A DNA stretch of 64,000 nt from Nageia nagi (lineage: Eukaryota; Plantae; Pinophyta): NCBI GenBank assembly GCA_050084985.1, contig JBITNC010000001.1, positions 96,782,001 through 96,846,000 on the forward strand. The letters run 5' to 3'. Both the position numbers and the translations under genes were made by a program. Below are positions 11,521 through 23,345 of this stretch, piece after piece (within the stretch, counting starts at the first letter, position 1; each line of letters opens with the position of its first letter). The notes under the pieces are model-generated. The model did no database searches and was not told the DNA's origin. It was given only the letters and a program-made list of their open reading frames with translations.

Positions 11521-14500
11521 TAACCAAAATTTATTTTAGTATTTAATTTGATTTATATTTGCATCAACTTTTAGGTACTAGAAAGAAAAATCCAACATCA
11601 TTAATTTATAACTTTATCTTATATTTCATATACCAAAAAGGTAGTGCTACAAATTGATAGGTACTAAGAAGAAAGTCCTTAGCGTAACAGTTATGCCACT
11701 TGATCAATAAGATAACATCTTCCTTCGAGCCTTTATACTATTAGCCTAAGATCATCCACTTCGATGAAAGGCAAGATTCATTTGTTTTAGTGTACCTAAG
11801 GAAAAAATTGATTAGAAGGATTGATGAGTTGAAGTTTCCTTTTATAAAGTATCCAATATTTTCTAGATTTTATTTAATGTGTATGGTTGATTTTCACATG
11901 GTAATATGAAATGAGTCAACACACTTCATTATTATGTATCTCATTATGGATGATGTCCATTCTTTCTCATTTGAGCTTTTTTCAATCTTGTCATTACTAC
12001 TTCATGCATGATTACTTGTAAAATTTATCTAATAAATTGAGCTTACAAGTTTGTGTTCAATTTGTAAATTGTATATTAAAAGATTTTTTTTCTTTCCTTT
12101 TGAAGTTTAATTTTCTTTAGGAATGCAATAAATGCATCTTGCCACAATGAGCGAACCACAAATCAAAACATTTTTTGAAGAGTTCTATTTAAATTTATTG
12201 ATAAACTAGTTTCTTTATTCATTGAAAAGATTCCTCTTTACATTTTAAATTTACAGATTGTATTTTTGTACTTCTATAAATGATATCTAGATTCAGTATA
12301 TTAAACAATACGAAAGAGAAAGTTCATATATGTGTTGCACCCTATTACAATACTATTTTACTTAAGAATAATCAAAGAGGATTAGTGGTTTTGTATAGAA
12401 ATCATACAATTAATATAAAAAGAAGAAATACTATAGTCTTAATTGTACAAAATACAAAACCTACAAGCATTTCTAAAATAAGTATTTTAATTTATGATAA
12501 AAACTTGTAAGCATATGTGGTTTTCCTATTTTTCTATTTGAATAAGGCATAATATTTTATGATATTTATTAGTTTTTTTTATCATATCTTGAAAATTCCT
12601 CCAAACTTTAGAGGAGAAAATATTCTTGAATAGAAACTCAATGAAAGTTTCTCTTGTTTGGCAAAATAGGAGTGGCCATAGCCACTCTATCCTTGTTTTT
12701 CATTTTTGATAAATCATTTAGGTAAATAGATGTAACAAATTCTATCCAACATGAACTATAAACAGCTTGCTAGTTGCAATTTTTAAAATTCTAGTTTACT
12801 TTGAGATATTTAACAAGAAAGCTACATGTCTAAGAATGCTAAGATTATAACAATATTATGGTAAGCACACCAACTTACTACTACAATATTGAACAACCAT
12901 TTTTCTTCAATTTATTACCTTTGCATCTAAAAAGGCCATCATCAACACTCAACAAGCATATATGTTGTATATATCTAAAACTATTCTAAGTACATATATG
13001 TTGTGTACTATAAAAAATTCAATTACTAATGATTTATATCAATTTATTTCATTAATATGATTTGTATCTTATTATAAAGAACAAATTGGAAAACAACATC
13101 TCAAGTTTAGAGGAACAATGTTCTTGAGTTTCTATAGAAATAAGTGATTATAGAAGCATTAATATTTTGGAAATGTTTATGGAAGTGCGAGTGTTATGTT
13201 CATCTAGATAGCATAAGAGGAAAAGAATAAATCCTTATTGGACCAAAAATGTAGTTGATTCTTGTTTCTTATTTTATTTTCTTCTTCTATGAGTAAATTC
13301 CCATTGTAAATTTTCTTTCAAACTACTTATGTTTTATAGGATTTTGAAGTTAAGCTTTAGGGATGCTAAATATGTATCAATTTGCTATGTGTTTGTATTA
13401 TTTTCTCTAATTGGGAATAGAAATCCCAAGGTAAAATTTCTTTCAAATTGCTAATGTTTTGTAGGATTTATTTTGAAGTCAAAAACTTTATCCATGATAT
13501 AACTTGAACAATGACAAGGGGTCAAATATTATCACAACATAATTCCAAGAAAATTTGATAGTTTGAAAAGATTTGGTTGTAAGGAAAAGTATGTATTTTG
13601 AAAATTATTCATTAAATTACTTATATTGGTGCCCTCTTCCCTAATTCAATTATAGGAAAATATGATCATTGATATGTTACTAAATGGTTTACAACATTAC
13701 AATTTTAAGATATTTGTATATGCTAAAAAAGAATTTAGGTTTACATGTATCCATTATAACCAAATAATTATAACATATGTAAAATTTTATTTTGGTTTTA
13801 TCTTTAATGTCTTATGGTTTGGAAAGATCAAGAATAGGGTTTGGCTAACATGAAATTATTAATGTTTGAAATGGAAGAGTTTAAGTTAATCATCCAAGTT
13901 ATGGTGATTCTTAGATCTTACCTAAAGTTATTTTAACTTTTAAACATGAGTTTGTTAAAAGTGATTTTTGTTAGGAGGTATTTTTACTTATTAGAGCACA
14001 CATGATTGCAAACTTCTACCAAGTTATGTTATTTATTGTAAATAGGTTGAATTTGGGAAGATGCAAGGTCCAAAATCTTCTGAGAAGTATTTAAGGATAA
14101 GAAGAGAGGTTCATTAGAAGAGGAATCTTAGGGTTTCTACATTGAGGACAATAGGGACTAATTGCATTGTTCATGATCTTGGTTATGGTAATTTCCACAT
14201 TAATGAGAACTTTTGTGATTGTTACTTATGCATTGTACAAGGTTGCATTCTCCTTACCATAAACAATTGTTATGATTATTTTTCTATGTTATCCAAGGTT
14301 GCACTTCCTCTTCCATTAAATATAGTTTAGAAGAGGCTCAAGAGTGTGTTCATGAGAGTTATTAGAGGAAACCTTTTTACACTTCCTTGGACTATTTAGC
14401 TTGTGGCCATGGAAACTGTTATGATCAATATTACTACTCTAAAGATCTCATCCTTGATTGCACTTAACGTGGAACATTGGGTTCCATTGTGGCTATTTGT

Positions 14501-16020
14501 TAAGGTCACATAGGTGGGAAATTTAGATATCTACATCTTTTCCTCCTTTAGAAAGTATATGAATGAACTTAAGACCACATTTCCAAAGTGAGAAAAGAAA
14601 AAAAAAAATTATTGATTTTAATGATACTTCCTTAATGGTGGCAAATTTCATGAGCTTAATATGTCTTATTTTCACCTTTTTATCTTATGCTTTTTTTTTG
14701 GAAGTGATTATGAAAATCTTGGTTGAAATGAAAGATTCAAAGAAAACTAATACTTGGATAGAAAAATGTTATTGCAACAAGATAAAGAAAATGAATATGA
14801 TAAATAAGATACAGTAATATACATTATTTAAGCATGATATTGGTCATTTAGTAGGAATATTTTATGGTAAAATGATATCATCATGGACATCCCATGAAGG
14901 GTCTTCTATTGCCCAAAGATAATTATATAACCCTTATAACCTTAATGAGGATTATCAATTTAGATAATTATATAACCTAGAGAACTTGAAAATAAAGAAA
15001 AATTAAGTAATGAGGATAATTTAGATAAATAACCAATAAAATGTGAATTTGGATAAATAACTAATAAAATGTGCATTTGGTTTGACTACTCCTTGCTCCT
15101 TAAAGGTAAGAATTCTTCCCCTTTGTTTATAAATATTATGTTAAATCTTCATCTCCCATCAATATTTTTTTTCCCACACCATGTATTGTCTCTTCTTCTC
15201 ATTTAATAATTTAAATAATTTATCTAATTATTCATCATTCTCTCTTTTATTCCACCAAATGATAAGATTTATGAATCTCAAGTTTTAAAATATCTATCAA
15301 ATTTTAAAAATACACATTCCAAATTGAATGATTCAACTAATAAAACTCAAACACTTGCTAACACCTTGGAATTATTTGAATAGAATACACTTGCATAAAT
15401 ACATTTAAAATATAAAATAAACTTAAACAAAATAAGAATTATGAACATGACTATTACTAAAATGAAAAGAGTTATGTAATCAATAAATTGGTAACAAATA
15501 ACTTGAACATGATAAGAATTACAAGCTTAAAATAATTTCAAAAGCTTAATTTATTTCAATATATGATACAAATGTTCATTACCTAAACCTTACACCAAAC
15601 ATCTCCAAAGAGATTGATTAACTAACATTATCATCTTTAATCCTATTTGAGTTTTTACATTAAAAATTTAAATCTTCTGATTTCATGAAACTTAGATAAA
15701 TGAAAATGTAGATAATGAAAATATTTTACAAGTATTGAGCCTCAACATAAACAAAAAAGAAAGTTACCAACTATAACAAAATATTACATGCCATACCTTT
15801 GTATATGTTGTCATATCCCTCAACAAAATAAGCAATTATTGCTCTCAAAAAAACTAACACCTTAAAGGCTATAAGTTTCAACATGTTGATGCTTAAAAAA
15901 GAACCATTTCTTTTCAAAATGTAATAATTATTTTCAAGCACCTTACTCAAATCAACTGATAACAAAGCATGGGATCATATTTTCAATGTGTTTGAAGGTA
16001 CCTCATTAATAAAATAGTGA

Positions 16021-17356
16021 TGTAGTGATTCTATCATGGTTCAACCACTTATAAAAGTTCAATTAGGCCAATGTGGAAGATAAATCTAATAGAAGAATAC
16101 AAATGAAAGGGTGAAACTACAACCTAAAGGCATGCTTCCATGCAAGGTACCTACTAGTCACAATAATAAATCAATTCCCTAAGTTCTATGACTATTTTAA
16201 GTCATAATAGTGCTTCAAAATTGACCTCCATAAAATATAAATTAAATGGCTAAGATATCCATTATCCAATTATTATGTGTTTTAACTTCATATTCTATCA
16301 CAAACATCAATATAGAGAGTCTTATAATGTTGCAAAATATGTACATAAACCATTTACTTAAATTTCAAAATTTGGATTGGTGAACAAAGGTGTATTCTCA
16401 TGTAGCTAATTTTGTAACAGACCTAAGAACATAAAAATAAACTTTTCAAATTCTACGCTAAGATCCAAATGAACCTAGTAGGAGATGAACTCACGGAATT
16501 GTAGAGGATGATAAATATTTTTAAGAAAATAAAATATTGTACCTAGGGTACCCTAGTGAGAGTGAATCTCACCTATAAAACCAATGACATGCACAGAGAT
16601 GACCACCCACACCTGCATGAGGAAGAGGAGGATTGAATTCAAAGAATTCAATATGTGGATTTGGAAGGAGTTAACATCAAGGTCCATGCATGAGTGAGGT
16701 ATTACTTGAGGAGAATTCAAATGTAGTTACAGGCAAGTAGGGGTTGAGATGTCTCCTATAAAGAATGAAGGTAGAATCCATGGCATGGAGCTGGAGCAAA
16801 GCTGAATAGGTAGGGAGTCAAATGTTAATAGATATGGGTGAAATAATGATTGAACACTCCAGAAGTAGAAAATATTTTAGTTGGTGGAGGTGAATAGAAA
16901 TTCAAACTATCAGTAATGATTTTGGGACCAATTGGATTGTATAAGGTACTAACAAAACAATTCACCATAGAGGAGACATGTGGCAAGGATGGACAGTTGA
17001 TCAAATGTTGGTCAGATGTCCACATTAGGTATGGATGGTCATAATAAGTGATGTGATGTACATTATTTTATGCCTAAATCATTTAAGATGATAGTACTAT
17101 CCGCATAAGTATAAAGGGTAGAAATATCCCATGGCCCGTTAGGCCATCGAAACGGTCAATTTTGAATACATGTGCATTGAATTAGTGGAACATGTGGTAA
17201 ACAACAATGAAATGGTGCCAAATGAGAACAAGATATCCACATCAGCTAATAGACACATCAAATATGTTTTATCCGATAGAGCAATGAGTTGGTAGTCCAC
17301 ATGAAAGGGTGAATTTAGTAAAAAAACAAATATTTTTTTATGGTGCACCCATTACA
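16021..17356. mobile_element. Possible solo LTR / retroelement remnant
   Basis: TGTAGTG...CATTACA inverted termini; lies within a 2.4 kb block (14920-17380) absent from sister units; no TSD found. Confidence 0.3.
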
Positions 17357-17818
17357 CTTAGTTGCAATAGCTAGTACTATATATAATTAATTACATATGC
17401 CAACATAATTATCTCATTAATTACAAATAAAATTTTGTATTGGTTTGATAAAATTTGAAGTGCGATGAATCTATAAAGGAATGATCTCAAAATGCCACCA
17501 TTGAACCATCATGTGATCATACAATTGATTATATGGAAAAAGAAAAAGGAGAAAAAAGGGAATATATTCTTCAATTAAAATGGCTTATCGGTACTCCATT
17601 AACATTGGCCAAGTCTGATCCTCCATAAATGTAACGAGTGGTTAGTCTAACCCCCTCTGCAACCATATTCACATCCAATATCCGTAAACAACACTCAACT
17701 GTGCTTGCCTCCATGGTGTCTGATGAAAAGATAAACAAACTACATTACCTTAATCAATTACCAAATAAACTTCTATATATGAAGCTCCCCGCAACCTTCT
17801 TGTGAGTTATCAGTTCAA

Positions 17819-18269
17819 TCAATGCACAAGCATAGTTTTATCCACATCGTTGAATTATGTACAGCTAGCAAGAGGAGATAGGCCGTCACCACCATTCTCA
17901 TGCTCATGGTCTTGCCACTCTCTTAGCATTTGAACTACTGTATCCAAAACTGATGGCTTGCAGGGTATAGTAAGCTTACTATCCCCATAATTAAACCCAA
18001 ATTCCTCCTCAGCCTTCATTAAGAGCTCTCTAAACACTGGATGGTTCAAATAACCCACGGGAATCATAAATCTTTTTCTCTCTTCCTTCCTGGCATAAAC
18101 AGCCACATGGTCTTCAGGAATCGCTCTCCTCCATCTCACCAACTCTTCATCCTCTTCGCTCTCGTACAAAGAAAAGGAATTTCTTCTCCTAAGCTTAATG
18201 CTAGAAATCGGTAATGGATGCAATCTTCTGCCATTTTAAAGAAACCTTCAAGATCTTGCTTCTCTCCAT
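17819..18269 (-). pseudogene. SAUR: SAUR pseudogene, copy 2
   Basis: ATG at 18269; net 2-bp deletion near codon 20 gives TAG at 18201-18203; 24-bp in-frame deletion in the C-terminal tail; CAA>TAA at 17855-17857; ancestral TGA at 17819-17821. Confidence 0.92.
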
Positions 18270-18411
18270 AACTCAAAGAAGAAGAAACAGAAAATACACT
18301 CTAAGAGAGCGATCTGAGCTCGATGAATTTGATCCAACCTGAGGCCTAAATAAATAGAGTAACTATGAAATAAAAGATAGGTTTTGAATTATGTTCTTGG
18401 ATTGAAGAGAG

Positions 18412-18427
18412 GAGACATGGGCATGTG
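18412..18427 (-). promoter_or_regulatory. AuxRE TGTCTC + CACATG module, copy 2
   Basis: + strand gagacatgggcatgtg. Confidence 0.65.
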
Positions 18428-19254
18428 AGAGTTCAGGAAGCCTTGTGGCTCTGCTCAAAGATAGGAAGGACAGCCGTAATCATTTGGTAACAAAGGTGGC
18501 TTAGACAACAACCATCAAACCAGGCTCAGCCTTAACTCTGCCCTGGGTATATTTTTCATCAAATTTGAATGGGATTCGTTCTGACAATTCCATGTCACAT
18601 CAAATCGTATTACTTGAGTTTTTGTTGCCACATCATCAAATCAAACCAAATACTGCCATCATGCCTCCCAAACGGTAACCAGTGGGTCATCAAACTTCAC
18701 ACATACGTATCATTACGTACTGTCATTATATGGCGAATGACAGAATCGATGACATACCCTTTGTATGTCATTATACCACACTCTAATGGATGAGTGGATA
18801 GTGGATTATGTAATGATACGTGTAAAGCAATGTTATAGTGAATCAGGATGAGTGGATGATTTAGTTTTAAATTTTATATATACATTATATAATGATATAA
18901 GTTCAAGTTATTGTTTTTATGGATGAGTGGATGAGAAGATGATTTAATTTTAAATTTTATATGTATATTATATAGTGATATAATACCAGTTAATATTTTA
19001 GTGGATAATTTAATTTTAAATTTCGGAAATAATATATATATAAGTTATATCATTATATGATGTATGTATATCATTATACTATGTATGTTAATTATTCATG
19101 CTTATCAAGTGGTAAAATTGGAAGGAAATTATGAGCATGAGATTTTTTATTTTCAACTCTACAAACATCTCTTGTCATAGATTCATGCTCATTTTAAATG
19201 ATAAAATTTGCATTTCTCTGGTTGTATTCCTTCGATGATTGTTTGTGTTGTTAG

Positions 19255-19362
19255 CAAATGCAATTATTATTTATCACCGTTCGTTCTACATGTACCACCA
19301 TTGGAGCTCTAGAAAAGGGCATGGACATCAATCAAATAGTAGTTGAAAATGGTTTTTCATAT
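19255..19362 (+). pseudogene. Short PPR remnant (unit 2)
   Basis: ggagctctagaaaagggcatggacatcaatcaaatagtagttgaaaatgg = GALEKGMDINQIVVENG; truncated by deletion. Confidence 0.7.
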
Positions 19363-20621
19363 CTTTCTTATTGGAGCATTTTTTTCATTGTTACTTCAAG
19401 CATGACTACTTGTAATATTTAACTACCTAGCAAGCAATGAAACATAACTAAATACTACAAGTATCATGGTACACACTATCGATCACTCACAACATCGACC
19501 AGCATGAACGTTATATTATGAAAACTGCTCTACAAATATCATAAATGGTTTTTCTAATGAAGGTTCACAAACCACAAGGTTGTATGTGTTTTCCAATGAA
19601 GATATGGTGGTACATTAAATAACATCTCAAAAAAAGGGTTTCTAGAGGTCACCACTTCTAGTTAATTTTCATTTTTTATCCTCATAAAGGTCAAGTAAGA
19701 ATTCTTCTTTCCAAATTTTTCTCCTATATAATTTGGCATTTAATTATAAGAGTTTGAATTTTAGGAAGGTTGGGTTAAAATCTAAAAAAATAAACAAATT
19801 CTTAAAAAATAATTAACAATATGTTCATTATGTTAAAAATAATCAAGATAATTTTAAGAGTATTTAAGAAATAATTGTTAAAAATATGTTTAATAATAGA
19901 ATAAATTATAAGAAGATCAATGTTTATGTTATACTTAACAAATTGTTAAGTATGGTAATATTAGCTTGAGAGTTTTCCATTCATGTTAAAGGAGTTTGGA
20001 AAATAATAAGAAGTAATGGGAAAACTTCATGAAAGCCTTAAGCTCAAATATTCTTAACCTTAAATGGTATAACATGTGAAATGAGTAAAAGTATCCTTCT
20101 CTAAAATTTAAAAATGGATTTTTTCAAAAAAATAATATTATCCTAAGATTCAATAAAGACACCACAAGAAACTATTTCATTGAATTCATTACCATTTTAA
20201 TTCATATTCACATTTCACTCTGATTTATAATAGTATTTTGATATAGATGAAAAGAAATATATGTCTATATATTTGTATGCATGATAGAAGAAGATTTTTT
20301 ATCATAATTTTTTTACAAAATAGTAGATTTGAAATCACAACTTTATTTTTTACATAAATTTTGTAATTTATTCATCTTTACAAGTAAGTTTAATAATTTT
20401 CTAATAACAATTATAAGATTGATATATTAAATCACATAATATAGAAAATATGTAAAAAGGTAATAAAAATAATTTATCCTTAAGAAAAAAAATTAATATA
20501 AACTTAAGCCAAGAGTTTTGATATAAAAAATTTAAAGAAGTAATTTTTTTTAATATTGAAATTACAATAATTATATGGTTGTTAAATAATAGATCACTTT
20601 TTATTGATATGTACTAAGTGG

Positions 20622-20775
20622 ATTTTTTTTGTTGTTGGATAAGTCCTTGGTGAAAGAGAAACTTTTTTCATCCATATCCACCATAATTTGATAGGATTTT
20701 AAATTTTTCCACTCACTAAAGTTGAAATTGAAACCCTAGTCTCTCCCACTTAAAGGAAGAGTTTTCAGTTACCCT
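20622..20775 (-). mobile_element. Probable SINE, diverged paralog of 5338-5495
   Basis: Same position in the spacer; poly-T and gaaaccctagtctctcc B-box-like region. Confidence 0.4.
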
Positions 20776-21094
20776 TATTTTTCCAATTCCTCTAACTTAC
20801 TTTCATACTAAATAGAATATTATTAAAAAAATATATAACATTGAAAACCTAATAGATTTTTATATAATATGTACATATGAATAATATAACGTCAAAAAGC
20901 ACTAATGCATTTTCCATTTATATAAGTTAAATTTTTATTTTTCGTCTGTTAAATGTAAAGAATGTAGGTGTGAATTTTGAACGATTTTGATAATTTAGAA
21001 GAATAAATTATTAGAATTATCTTATCTAAACTGTAGATAGCCGTAATTCCAAGCGTAAATATGGATCTTCCTTGGAGAAAAAGAGAGGTCATTC

Positions 21095-21310
21095 AAAAAA
21101 AAAAACAGGAGGAAAAGACTAATATACCCTTCCATTCAAAAAGTTTATCAGGACTTTTTGGAATGAAGTTGGCTGAGACCCGAGCCTGCCCTGGTAATCT
21201 CTTTCGTCGATATGTACAGATTCTTTCTGACAGCTCACATGCCATATCAAATCAAATTATTGCCACTGTGGCGATGGTGGCTCATGTTATTTGGAGTTCT
21301 AGGCCCTTCG
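21095..21310 (-). other. Empty SAUR unit (second copy)
   Basis: Same fusion as 5790-5944; extends to ggctcatgttatttggagttctaggccc, matching copy-5 upstream sequence near 44545-44575. Confidence 0.65.
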
Positions 21311-22291
21311 CTTAGTCTCTGATGGAACAAATCCTAGCAGAGCGACCTCCTTCTGTACAAGTGATATCATAGTTGCATTTTTTTTTTTGTGCTTTTGAAA
21401 AGTATATCATTCAAGGTGTGCATTTAATATTTTCAGAAAACTTTTTTTTTCAAATTTTTTTATCATTTATAAATATCATGAATACTAAATATAATTTTTA
21501 AGTATTTTCACATATATGTAACATTATACATATTTTTATTTATTATTTATATTTTTGTATTTAATATTATCCATATAGGTTATAGTTTTTGAATGTGAGT
21601 AGAATTATCTATATTTTTATATGTAATTTTATTATTCATATTTAGGTATACTAACACATTTATACCATTAATTACAAAGAAAATTCTTTACTGATTTGAT
21701 AAAATTTGAGATGTGATCGATATACAAAAAGAATAATCTCAAAGATCATCATGCTTGAGTGAACAATCATATGATCATAAAATTTATATTTTTCTATTTA
21801 ACATTATTAATATAAGTTATAATTTTCTTTAATGTGAACTAATTATATATATATAATTATAATTTTATGGTTTATATCTACACATACCAGCACAAGCATC
21901 CCAATAATTAGAAGAAACTCTCTATTGATTTGATAAAATTTGAAGTTTGATGGATCTGCAAAGGATTGACCTCAAAATGCCACCATTGAACCATCATGTG
22001 ATCATACAATTGATTATGTGGACAGAGATAACGGAGAAAAAAAGAGAATAAACCCCTCAATTAAAAGGGCACTGCAGTAACCCTTCAATTAAAAAGTTAA
22101 TGAATGGTTAGTCCAACGCCCTGTGCAACCCTATTCACATCCAACCTCCATAAACAACAATCAACTGTGCTTGCCTCCGCTAATAAGAAACCACATGTCT
22201 TTTCATCAGACACTACGTTGCCTTAATCAATTACCAACAAAACTTCTGGACAAGAATATCCCCGCAATCTTCTTTTGAGTGATCAGTTCAA

Positions 22292-22768
22292 TCAATACAA
22301 AAGCACAGTTTTATCCAGATTGGTGAATTGCGTACAGTTAGAAAGAGGAGATAGGCCGTAATTACTAATGCCTAAAGCATTTCCACCACCATTCTCATGC
22401 TCATGGTCTTGCCACTCTCTCAGCATCCAAATGACTGTATCGAAAACAGATGGCTCGCAGGGTATAGTAAGCTTACCATCCCCATAATTGAACCCAAATT
22501 CCTCCTCAGCCTTAACCAGGAGCTCTCTAAACAATGGATGGTTCAAATAACCAACGGGAATCACAAACCTTTTCCTCTCTTCCTTCCCGGCATAAACAGC
22601 CACATGACCTTCAGGAACCGCTCTCCTCCACCTCACCAGCTCTTCATCCTCCTCGCTCTCGTACAGAGAAAAGGACTTTCTTCTCCTAAGCTTAATGCTC
22701 GCAATCTTGTGAATGGCTGCAATCTTCTGCCATTTTAGAGCAACCTTCAAGATCTTGCTTCTCTCCAT
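22292..22768 (-). CDS. SAUR: SAUR family protein, copy 3 (158 aa)
   Basis: Intact ORF with complete SAUR core. Confidence 0.97.
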   Translation of the reverse strand: MERSKILKVALKWQKIAAIHKIASIKLRRRKSFSLYESEEDEELVRWRRAVPEGHVAVYAGKEERKRFVIPVGYLNHPLFRELLVKAEEEFGFNYGDGKLTIPCEPSVFDTVIWMLREWQDHEHENGGGNALGISNYGLSPLSNCTQFTNLDKTVLLY

Positions 22769-22911
22769 AACTCAAAGAAGAGGAAACAGAAAAATAGACT
22801 CTAAGAGAGAGATCTGAGCTTGATGAATTTGATCCGAGCTCAGGCCTAAATAAATAGAGTAGCTATGAAATAAAAGATAGGTTAGCAGTCGTGTTCTTAG
22901 ATTGAACAGAG

Positions 22912-22927
22912 GAGACATGGTCATGTG
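22912..22927 (-). promoter_or_regulatory. AuxRE TGTCTC + CACATG module, copy 3
   Basis: + strand gagacatggtcatgtg; TATTTA box at ~22847-22858. Confidence 0.7.
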
Positions 22928-23251
22928 AAAGTTCAAAGAGCATTGTGGCTCTGCTTAAAAAGCATGGTCATTTGGCAACAAAGGTGGCCCAGACAATCAT
23001 GGTCAAAGTTGGCTGAGCACCAAGTCTGGCTTGGAGATCGCTTTCGTTGAATTTGGAACAAAGTGAGTGGGTTGCCACTCCAAGTAAATTTGAATTTGGA
23101 TGCATTCTGATCCCTGCAGACATGTTCTCAATTATACAATTTCCTTCTGACAGATCACATGCCACATCAAATCAAATTACTGCCACGGTGATGCTGACAC
23201 ATCTTCTCTTTAAAATGGTGCCCTCCAAATGGCAAGGAGTGTGTCACCATT

Positions 23252-23345
23252 ACAATTTATTATCACATTCATAGGAAATATGATCACATTACTTTTCAAC
23301 AATTTATTATCACATTCATAGGAAATACGATCACATTACTTTTCA
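23252..23345 (+). repeat. 47-bp tandem duplication at a rearrangement junction
   Basis: acaatttattatcacattcataggaaata(t/c)gatcacattacttttca x2. Confidence 0.9.

Larger units (their letters stand above)
799..14919. repeat. Segmental duplication copy A (paralog 23689-42600; lacks the equivalent of 26086-31060)
   Basis: 799-3204 matches 23689-26085 and 3204-14919 matches 31061-42600 at visibly high identity; both end at ...gcccaaaga. Confidence 0.9.

Noticed and set aside
17855-18223. 122-aa SAUR ORF as a functional gene
   Set aside because: Non-ATG start; true ATG at 18269 is out of frame; further lesions present
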